Assembly: GCA_010093995.1 (NCBI GenBank)
Contig: ML992512.1
Location: 699,319-723,745 of the forward strand
DNA length: 24,427 nt
Origin: Elsinoe ampelina
Lineage: Eukaryota
Reading direction: 5' to 3'
The notes beneath the pieces were generated by a model. That model searched no databases, was not told where the DNA came from, and saw only the letters and a list, made by a program, of their open reading frames with translations. A program made the position numbers and the translations under genes. Each line of letters opens with the position of its first letter. Position 1 is the stretch's first letter. This document shows, piece by piece, positions 11,368 through 21,313 of this stretch.

Positions 11368-13118
11368 TTACACATCCACAGTCCAAGCCAACCAATTCGC
11401 CCCATCCGCCTCATCACACGGCCTGAGCAAAACACTCATACTCGACCACCCCGAATTCTTCCCCTCCGTGGTACTCGCCATAACACTCCCATCCGGCCCA
11501 TAAACATTAAACCCCCAAACTCCCCGCGCCACCCCCATTCGCCCACATCAACCTCACCGGCACATAACTGCCCCTATTCAAGAAGAAGCTCTCTGTCACC
11601 GGCTTCGCGGGGTACCCATTCGCCCAAAACGTCGTCATATCGGCATTCGCTCACGTCCAGCCCCGAGCCGCGTCGCCTCAGAACCACACCAGCGCGATGT
11701 CGTCCGCGTAGAAGTGGTAGTACCCTGTTCTGCGCGAGGCGTAGACGCAGAATTGGTACGTGATGACCGCAGTGCCGGTGTTGAATAGGAGGGTGTTGTA
11801 TTGCATTAACTGGGTGTTGGCGTTTTCATTCCATACGCCGATGTAGGATGTTGTGGAGGTGGTTTCGGGGCAGGCGCCTTTGTAGACTTCTGGATCGAAG
11901 GAGGGGTAGCCGTAGGGGGATTGGCCGCCGAGGAATTTGTTACGCCAGGTGAGGTAGCGGGGCTAGCGGTTGTTGCAGCTGAGGTCTGGGGTGGGGTACT
12001 GGGAGGTGTTAGTGATGTGGGAATGAGTCGAGGAGGCGGGACTTACGGTGGCGGTGACGGTGGCGAGACCGTTCGCGTTGGGGCTATCGGTGGTGGTGGT
12101 TGGTTTCTCAGCTTGGACGGTCTCGCGAGTGACTGTCACGTATTGAGTGACGCCAGCGGTACGGGCGAAAGGAGTCTGAACAACGACCATGGCAGTGATA
12201 TCCGAGAAGGACGTTGTGGTCACGGTAGAAGCACCTGTCCAGACCTTTGTGACGGTAGCGCCCCAAGTTGCAGTGCCGGGTACCTTGCTGGCGTCGGAAC
12301 CATCATACTTGGCTGGAATCCATGCCATGTCAGCATTCCAAGTGTTGGGTTGGGGTGTTCGACTAGATCCATCAAGGTTCTTGAAGTAGCAAGTAGTGCC
12401 CAGGTATGAAAAACCACTGCAGCCGTCGAAGGCGTCGCACAGCTCGAAGCAAGAGTAGAAGTCACCACTGGTGGTATTGCCAATGTCAGAAGAGTATTGG
12501 ACGTCGTAGTCGCATGCGAACGTGTATCCCCTATCATTCATGCTGGTTAAGCTCGAATCATGCTCACTGGCCATGGATTTGCAGCTTGCCGCAGTACCTG
12601 TCGGCGCTGTAGCCCAAGTTCGGCTTGTCAAGCCTCTGTCGGGCGAATAAAGCGACCATCGATGTGAATAGGTGACGTTGAGAACCTCGTTGTTGATCGT
12701 AGCAACGTTGAGGTACCCAGCTTGATCAGCGACAGTACTGTCACTGTAGAGAACACAATAGGTGTAACGATAGCTCAAGCATTTTTGGCCAGATTGAAAG
12801 TATCGAAGTAGTTGCAGGGCGTGTAGCTGGACGCTTTGTTGGCGATAGCTCTAGCTCTGTTGGTTGCAGTAGTCTGCTTGCAGAGTATAGCACAGTCTCC
12901 GGGTGCAGAGGAAGCCGTAATCTGATAGCCCATCACATTTGAGCTCGTGTAAGCATTGACAGCACCGATCAGTGGCTTCGGGGCCCTGAAGTCCTGGATG
13001 GTATCCGGTAGGGGCGTCCTGATGTAGCGAAGATATCCTTTCCTGTTGGCGAGGTTGTCTTTCCAGCTGCGACCTCGAGTAGGCCCAGTAAAGGCAGTAC
13101 AGTCTTGAGAAGCTGCAT
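11368..13118 (-). pseudogene. Disrupted secreted adhesin-like gene: signal peptide + Cys-rich domain + PAN/apple-like domain + Thr-rich stalk + GLEYA/PA14 domain
   Basis: MQLLKTVLPLLGLLEVAAG start at 13118; frame breaks near 13020 and 12780; apple-like CFELCDAFDGCSGFSYLGTTCYFK; in-frame stops at 11965-11963, 11680-11678 and 11653-11651; GLEYA-like DDIALVWF*..GWT*ANAD..GSYVPVRLMWANGGGAG; +1 shift in a G5 run at 11516-11512 before FNVYGPDG; final TAA at 11370-11368. Confidence 0.8.
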
Positions 13119-13553
13119 GGTGAAGCTGACGTTGCAAGGAAATGAAGATCTCACCGGATGACAGAGCCTCTCCTTACATACTTGCTGATTTCTACAATAG
13201 GGCTCATTAGGAAGTGCACTATCTTGGCCAACTGTTGCCATGATATGGATCCCGCCCTTGTTCACTCCGCTATAAGTGGTTGGGAGCGGCCAAGGGTCGG
13301 GAAGATCTTATAATACAGAAGAGATGCAGACCTCGATTGAGCACAGAGAAGTGCCGTCTGAAGTCCAAAGTCATTTGCCGTGCCCCTCAGCCCCACGTCC
13401 AAGTTTGAAGTGGGGTCCTTGACATCTCTCCTCCGAGCTCGCCATTATGACCCAAAAGTTTCCTTTGAGGTGATAAGATCATTTTCAACATTCCCGAGCT
13501 GATGACTGGCTCAGAGATGATACTATTACTCAAATATCCTCAGAGATAGGGAC

Positions 13554-15576
13554 ATGGAACGCATCTCAGACAAAATCGCTAGCCTGCCACAAGATGGCTC
13601 CTACTTCTCCCTCGAGTTCTTCCCGCCGAAGACGCAGCAGGTATGCTGAACGTCCTCCCTGTCACGTGCTATGCTAACATGTCTAGGGCTTTGATAATCT
13701 GCAATCGCGTCTTCAGCGCATGTCACAAGCCTTGCGACCACTCTTTGTCAACGTCACATGGGGAGCCGGCGGAAGCACTTCGACAAAGTCGATGCAATTG
13801 GCGGAGCTCACACAACGACAACTCGGATTGACAACATGTCTACACCTAACATGCACCAATATGTCTCGAAGACTTATCGACGAGACCCTCGAGCAGGCGA
13901 AACAGCTAGGTATACGGAATATTTTAGCATTGCGCGGCGATCCTCCAAGGAGTGAAGAGTACATGGCGGAGAACGGAGACGCGCCGGAGTGTGAAGAGGA
14001 TGACAGCAATAAGGACTTTACATGGGCAGTGGACCTGGTGAGATACATCCGACAGAAGTATGGAGACCTATTCTGTATCGGTGTCGCTGGGTACCCAGAG
14101 GGTCATTCAGACCAAAGTCATCCGGAGCATCAGAGTGTCGACTTTGATATGCCTTATCTTGTGGAGAAAGTCCAGGCTGGAGCGGACTTCATCATGACCC
14201 AGCTGTTCTACGACATCAAGGCTTACGAGTCATACGAGAAGCTTTTGCGAAGCCATTCGAGCGGGGTATTCAAAACCATTCAGATCATACCAGGCTTGAT
14301 GCCTGTGCAGAGCTTCCAGATCCTGCGTCGGACGACAAAGCTCAGCCACGCCAAATTGCCAGAACCGATCCTGAAACGGTTTGAGGAGGTCAAGAGCGAT
14401 GATGAAGCTGTGAAGCGGGTTGGTGTGGATATCATCAGTGAGATGGTGGAGTCCATGAAAACGTCCACCCAGAATCAGCCAAAGGGCTTCCATTTCTATA
14501 CCCTGAATCTGGAGAAGTCGGTGGCACAGATCCTGCAAAGGTGCAACTTGATCCCACCATCAACGCCCTCGATCATGACCAGCCTGGATTATGCAATCAG
14601 TGAGGAAGATAGTGATGGCTATCTGCTTGTCAAATCGACCGACCAAGAACGACGGAGAAGAGTCTCCCGTGAGGCCAACAATCGCATCATAGTTGATCGC
14701 TCTCGAGCGGCCTCTACGCATAGCTCGTTGTACGAAGCCTCAGAAGACGAGGCGGGCAAGCATTCTGAACTCCCTCCATCCCGTGCGGCAGCGCTTGCTA
14801 TTTCGGAAGGTGAAGGTTCTCTAGGTCGGGAAGCAACTTGGGACGATTATCCAAACGGTCGTTTCGGTGATGCACGATCACCTGCGTATGGTGAGATTGA
14901 CGGCTATGGTGTCTCGCTCCACGTCTCAATACCACAAGCTTTGCGTCTCTGGGGTCGACCAGCCACGAAAGATGACATTACTGGCATTTTCGAGAGATAT
15001 GTTCGAGGAGAACTAGAGGCTATTCCTTGGAGCGAGGATGCTTTGAACGCTGAAACGGCTACTATTAGGGATGAGCTTACGACACTGATCAAGAAAGGTT
15101 GGTGGACAATTGCATCCCAGCCAGCCGTCAATTGCGCTCGATCGACCGACAAGATCTTCGGATGGGGACCGAACAACGGATTTGTGTATCAAAAGGCGTT
15201 TGTGGAGTTCTTTATACCATCTTCGGACTGGAAACGACTAAAGGAAATGCTGGATCAGGACGAGCAATTCACGTATTTCGCGGCGGATGACGCAGGAGAA
15301 TTTGAAGCGAGCAACGAAGACAGTGTGAATCCAGTCACATGGGGTGCCTTCACGGGCAAGGAGATTGTGGCTCCGACTATCATTGAGGCCATGAGCTTCA
15401 AGGCCTGGGCGGAAGAGGCGTTCGGTATCTGGCGAGAATGGGGAGTGGTGTATAAGCCTGGCAGCGCTACCAGTAAGCTTTTGAAGAGTATCAGGGAGGA
15501 GTACTGGCTTGTGAACATTATTCATCACGCATACGTTGAGCCGAAGGAACTATGGGAGACTCTGGCGAAGTTCTGA
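13554..15576 (+). CDS. MET12: Methylenetetrahydrofolate reductase, Met12-type; exons 13554-13640 and 13687-15576
   Basis: Exon 1 MERISDKI...FSLEFFPPKT; GTATGC...CTAAC...TAG intron 13641-13686; VTWGAGGST, HLTCTNM, NILALRGDPP, VAGYPEGH, MTQLFYD, HFYTLNLE; regulatory domain WDDYPNGRFGDARSPAYG, SQPAVN, NPVTWG. VTWGAGG-S/T and the long interdomain insert suggest the Met12 rather than Met13 paralog (inference). Confidence 0.95.
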
Positions 15577-15814
15577 GAGCGGGATTGGGCGTTGAGACGA
15601 TCGTTATTGCATTGCGCATGGCAGTAAGGGCGAAGTGCGATTGGATAGCATCACGAGACTTTCACACGTGTGACGAGCTCGAATGAACACTCATTCAACA
15701 AGGTAATTGTTCTCAGTCCTCCATGCAATTGCATCTTGTGAATGCACTGCCACTTTTCGGAATTCTTGCCGGCGCCACTGTGGCTAAGCAGGGCATGACG
15801 TACTGCCTCGAATA

Positions 15815-15856
15815 ACGTCTGCCCCGGGGATCTGGCCATCCCCTAGAACTGGCCAC
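15815..15856 (+). repeat. Left terminal inverted repeat (42 bp)
   Basis: ACGTCTGCCCCGGGGATCTGGCCATCCCCTAGAACTGGCCAC, the exact reverse complement of 18525-18566; contains CTGGCCA twice. Confidence 0.97.
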
Positions 15857-16029
15857 CCCTTGGTTCCGGAAAGCGGTGAGATACAGCCGGAGATACGCCG
15901 ACCTGCCAGAATTAGTAAAAGATGTACATCTTAGCATACCTTACAGCTTTTAGTGAGAATTGACTTAACTAAATTATTGTCGCTAGTATAGAGGTAAATA
16001 AGGCTAAGGCTTAGAGTTAGTATTTTTAG

Positions 16030-18399
16030 CTTATAATTAAGACCTTAGAAAGCGCTAAATAACCTATTATACAGTACAAAATTGCTTCCTTATGTCCTTT
16101 AGTTATATAGCACTATATACTAAGTGCTCTAGCTATCTCTAACCTCTTAAGGTACTAGATTTATAATAATTTACTAAAATTAAGTGTTATAAAGAGTATT
16201 AGTAATAGCTTAGTGCTTCTCCTTCTTCTCCTTCTCTTTCTCCTTTACCTCCGGCGGCAACTCTAGTAGCATCTCTAGTAGTAGCTTATTAATCTATATA
16301 GTAGTATTAGTCTTATCTATCTTAAGGCTATTATACTCTAGTGTTAATAGTTTCTTACTCTTACTCTTTAATCTATTATAGCGCTCTTATAACTTAGAGT
16401 AACTCTTCTTAGTAGTATTATAGTCTAGCTTAGATTACTTATAATTCTCTTTAAGTTATAAAAGATAGAGGTACTTTAGATACTTAGCTAAGAGATGCTT
16501 AGTAGACTTCTTTAAGGCTTAAATCTACTTACTAAGGTCGACTTTATACTTGTAAGTAGCATTCTTAATATAGTAAGCCTCCTCTACCTCCTTATTAGTA
16601 TCTCTTTACTTTATTACCCTTTTAATACTAATTAAAGTACTACTAGATAGATAACTAGTACTATTACGCTAATGCTTATTCTTCTTCTTAGTACGCTTAT
16701 TAATGCTAAGTAACTTCCTCTTTAAGAGCTTTATCTCCTCCTTAGTAATATCTACCTCCTTCTCTATTGCTTTTATAGCTTTAAAAAAAGATTAAGAAGC
16801 TTATTAATAGCTAGCTAAACTATACTTAGTATACTACTAATTATCGAGGAGTTACTTAAGCCTCTAGTTAAACTACTTAGCCGATTTAATTAGCGTGCTA
16901 TTACTTAATAAGGGGTTAGAGCGCCTTAAAGGGGTAGCTAGAAGAGAAATAGAGGCTATAGAGAAGAAGATTAAAATCTCTATAAAATTTAACTATAAAT
17001 TTAACTATAAATTTAGAGTTAAATTTTGTAAGAATTAAGTACTTAATTAAGAGGCTAAATTCGCCTCTAAATCTAGAAGTTAAGAGGTAAATTAAGAGGT
17101 TAATTAAGAGGTAGATTAAGAGGTTAATTAAGAGGTTAATTAAAAGAGTAAATAGTGCTAAATTCAATAGAGAACTAGTACTAGATCGTTTAGCTATATA
17201 CTAGTAACTTTAAAGGCCCTTATCTAGCTATTACTACTAAAGACTACGTTGTAGCAATTAATATAAGCCTCGATAAAGTAGTGCTTACTAATCCGTTAAA
17301 CTCTCTTATATATAATCTAGCGAACTTTACCTTAATATTTATGCTTTAAACTAGTAAATATAGTAATATTAAGAGGCTAGAGAAAGTACAAGGTATATAC
17401 TAGAAGCTTTAATAGAGTAATATAGTGCTTCTAAGCTAATTAGATAAACTCTAGTATAAGGTGTAAGTAATAACTATTAAAGAGAAGTAAATGTTAGTTT
17501 TAATTAATATTCTTCTCTTTTACCTTTCTCTCTTACTTGTTAAGAGGCTACGTAAAGGGGATAAAGTAATTCCTTAACTACTTAATAGTAATTTTATTAT
17601 TTATCTAGCTAGTTAGAGAGGTATTAATTATAGCGTTAGTGTATATTAAATTCTCTAGTAAATTAATTAAGTTATTAAACTAGCTATCTTAAATAGTTTA
17701 ACTCTTTAAGATAAATATTAGTAGTACTATATAGCTAATAACACTTAGAGTCTTAATAGCTATAGCCTACTTATAGTTACTAGATTAATATAAATAGGAC
17801 TTATACTTATTATCACTTATAATCTAGATCTACTCGTAAAGCAATCGACTAAGTATATAGCTAATCTCGTCTATATTATAAGTGTTATAAGGCTTAATAT
17901 TAAAGACTTTAAAGGCGTATACTACTAACTTAAACTAAGCCTTTATCTTTTTAGTATTACTAAGCTCTTCTAATCTGTTGCTATCTATAGCTAGATAACG
18001 CTAGAGATCGATCTTTAGATAGCGCTCTTTAAAGTAGATATACTAGTACTTACTAATAGAGGTAGAGAGTATATATACTAGTTAGATAGTTAAGGATTTA
18101 AGTAAGTAACTAGTGTACTAATTAAGCTAGTAATTGTTTAGATTAAAGCTATTAAAGGATAGGAAGCGAATAAAATTAATTAGAGTATTCTCTTATGCTA
18201 GTATAAGGCGCTACTAATAAGAATAGCTTATTATATATAACTTATATAATTCTCTTAAATAACAAGTAAGGGTTTATCTAGTAACGAGAGGAAAGTGCTA
18301 TTTAAGCTCTTTTTTCAATATTTTACCTTTCTAATAATAATATTTACATATAGCCTCTTTAAGCTACTTTTTATATTTAATTAAGATAGCTAGAACTAT
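16030..18399 (-). pseudogene. RIP-destroyed pogo/Fot1 DDE transposase (ends approximate)
   Basis: Motifs read on the - strand, with the inferred pre-RIP form: NTYNIDEIS (YNMDETG, ~17860-17886), SNYK*AIAIK (GNREWATAIE), TS*INNKI..*L (GWMNDEI..WL), LLFNSYYLH (LLFDGHHSH), YFL*PLN (HFLQPLD, ~17379), AFKVTSI*L (F.ATGIWP). The differences are consistent with C>T/G>A transitions. Confidence 0.88.
16985..17139. repeat. 12-bp-period tandem repeats inside the transposase
   Basis: AAATTTAACTAT x2 plus a degenerate copy (16985-17020), and TTAAGAGGT(T/A)(A/G)A x5 (17080-17139). Confidence 0.85.
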
Positions 18400-18524
18400 T
18401 AGAAAAGGTAGTTATCAGGTGTAATAAAGCTTAGAAGAAGATAGAAATCCGAGAACACTATTTTAGACTAGTCTCGGGGCAAAATCACGCTCTCCGATTG
18501 GCTGCAGATAGGGTTAACCCTAAA

Positions 18525-18566
18525 GTGGCCAGTTCTAGGGGATGGCCAGATCCCCGGGGCAGACGT
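18525..18566 (-). repeat. Right terminal inverted repeat (42 bp)
   Basis: GTGGCCAGTTCTAGGGGATGGCCAGATCCCCGGGGCAGACGT followed by TA. Confidence 0.97.
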
Positions 18567-18703
18567 TAGGCGCCCGCTTCCAAATTCCTCCGTATCGTAT
18601 ATTACCTTAACCTGGAGCCAACCTGATCGTGAGCAATTTGTCTCCTACAAATACCGTACAAACAACTCGACCCTGTCACTACGCTCATACACACCAAGTC
18701 AAC

Positions 18704-19026
18704 ATGATTGCTGCTATCCTTCTCATCATCCTCACCATCTTCCGTGAGTGCAGACCCTTTCCAGCGACTAGAATGTCAGATTTGCTAAGCCCATTCCAGT
18801 CCCGCCTGTCGGAGTCTACTGCGTCGCAGGCTGCGGTGCAGACCTTTTGATCAACATCTGCTTAACGCTGTTGGGGTTTTTGCCTGGGCATATTCATGCC
18901 TTCTACGTAGAGTATATCTACTATCAACGCAAGGACACTGGCGAAACTGGCCCAGCACCGGGTGTCTACAGCGCCAACGTCCAAACTGGCGGCAGGGGGT
19001 ATGGTACCATGAGCACACCTGCTTAA
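18704..19026 (+). CDS. PMP3: Pmp3/RCI2-family plasma-membrane proteolipid; exons 18704-18743 and 18800-19026
   Basis: Spliced MIAAILLIILTIFLPPVGVYCVAGCGADLLINICLTLLGFLPGHIHAFYVEYIYY... via a GTGAGT...GCTAAG...CAG intron 18744-18799; the PP.GV...GC..DL.INI.LT.LG..PG..HA signature is complete. Confidence 0.92.
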
Positions 19027-19565
19027 GGCAGCGAGCGCTAGGGCGCCTCGAGTACTGCGAAGAATGGGAAAACAGCACAAAGAGAAGCGAATGACAAGGT
19101 GGACAGAGGGTGGACTTGACCTGGTGTTTCGAGGTTAGCAAATGTTGCTAGCATGGATTATACCCTCATGGAAGCAATTTTCTTTTCTCATTAGCATTAA
19201 TACCAATGTTCCTGCGACAACAAGATTCCTGCATATCTGGCGCGCCAATTGCCCCGGATAATTACCAGTTGTTGCTGTAAAGACGTTCACCTCACTTGGG
19301 TCATCCATGTCCTTGCTTCATATTCTGTTGACACAATTTGACTGACCAACAAATGAGGTGATGATGGCCAAACCCTGTAGAACACCTATTGATCAGGGTA
19401 GGATTTACTAAGGAGGGGGAATCAAGAGTGAATGCTATTATACCACAGCCGTGTTGCCGAGGTGGGAACTCGCACCCAATCGGAAAGCTCAACTAGGAAC
19501 CTGAGATCATCTGGCACGCGATCTCATCCTTTATTCATGACCATGCTTCACATACAGCAAATGCA

Positions 19566-20532
<967 letters not shown>

Positions 20533-21154
20533 GACTGTGCACCTACTGCAGATCATCTTGTCAAAGTATGAACGACATGTCTTGAGTAGACACTCGTGGG
20601 GTCCCAACGCGAGGACCACGTGCTAGGGGAGGACGCCGCGCAAGACCTCTCCGTGCACTTACGGCTGAGCCTATAGAAACCATCGGCAGTATCACGTCCA
20701 AGCGCTACGAGGATATACTGTACGAGGATCTATTTGCCCACTCCTTGACCCACATTCAATCACGTTTGGTGGCGTCACCGAGAGCGGCCTTGAAGCTTAT
20801 GGCTGGAAGTAAGACTATGGAGGCCCCGAAGCGTATCTCGACCTGGTGGCGTCCTACATGGCGGCGTTGGAATGCCTGGATCAAGATCCCATGGCGAACG
20901 GAAGCAGTCGCTGGTACGAGCTGACTTGGTAGTGCTCACATGGCGAGTTGTGCATGAAGATAATGCCGAATAGATGCCTCTGTGCACTAGAAGACCATGT
21001 ACCCTTCACTACTGTGCCTTTTGTGCCTCCCACATGAAAAGCACATGTGGACTTGACCATCATGCCGTAATCTGATACCGCGATTTCGGACATGATTAAA
21101 GCATGGTCGATATTCGAGGGGGTCCAGGCTCGGAAAGTTTTTGGGGAAACCCCC

Positions 21155-21296
21155 TGTTGTAATGGAAGGCTGGTACAGCTTCTCTGGTACTGAAGAACTG
21201 GTACTGATGAGTCAGCGCACGCATAGTAGATAAATCGGTTATTGTAACTCTCTAAATAAAACACACGTCTCTCGATCCGATTTGCTAGTTATAACA
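21155..21296 (+). repeat. Putative 5' LTR (142 bp)
   Basis: Starts TGTTGTAA and ends TTATAACA (inverted termini with one C>T); AATAAA at 21255-21260; immediately followed by the PBS. The second LTR is outside the window, so the 5' boundary is inferred. Confidence 0.72.
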
Positions 21297-21313
21297 GGTT
21301 ATAAGCCCGGCGC
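21297..21313 (+). promoter_or_regulatory. Primer-binding site complementary to the anticodon stem-loop region of initiator tRNA-Met
   Basis: GGTTATAAGCCCGGCGC, i.e. GGTTATGAGCCC... with one G>A change, directly after the LTR-terminal CA. Confidence 0.8.

Larger units (their letters stand above)
15815..18566 (-). mobile_element. Full-length Tc1/mariner superfamily (pogo/Fot1-like) DNA transposon, 2752 bp, inactivated by RIP
   Basis: Perfect 42-bp TIRs beginning ACGT, flanked by TA at 15813-15814 and 18567-18568; extremely TpA-rich interior; degraded DDE_1 transposase on the - strand. Confidence 0.95.

Noticed and set aside
11651..11965. Stop-codon readthrough, selenocysteine or an alternative genetic code in the adhesin gene
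   Set aside because: The stops co-occur with frameshifts, align to different expected residues (Gly, Arg), and neighbouring genes use TGA/TAG as normal stops.
7983..15576. Methyltransferase plus MTHFR as a functional one-carbon/SAM gene cluster
   Set aside because: Both are widely conserved housekeeping-type genes separated by unrelated genes; nothing in the sequence indicates co-regulation.
15662..15673. 12-bp palindrome TCACACGTGTGA after the MTHFR stop
   Set aside because: A single short palindrome in a 3' region with no supporting context; compatible with chance.
16916..17167. Leu/Ile-rich 83-aa ORF that looks like a transmembrane peptide
   Set aside because: Off-frame reading of RIP-mutated 12-bp repeats within the transposase.
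15940..18450. AT-rich blocks as organellar insertion, foreign DNA or CRISPR-like arrays
   Set aside because: TpA excess with CpA/TpG loss and recoverable transposase/integrase motifs show RIP-mutated transposons; the repeats have no spacers.
20640..21150. Protein-like fragments downstream of CFIm25 (e.g. FGGVTESG, faintly like an aldehyde dehydrogenase C-terminus) and ORF 20881-21264
   Set aside because: Short, interrupted by stops, no further supporting motifs, and the longer ORF starts inside the LTR. A gene relic cannot be excluded but is unsupported.
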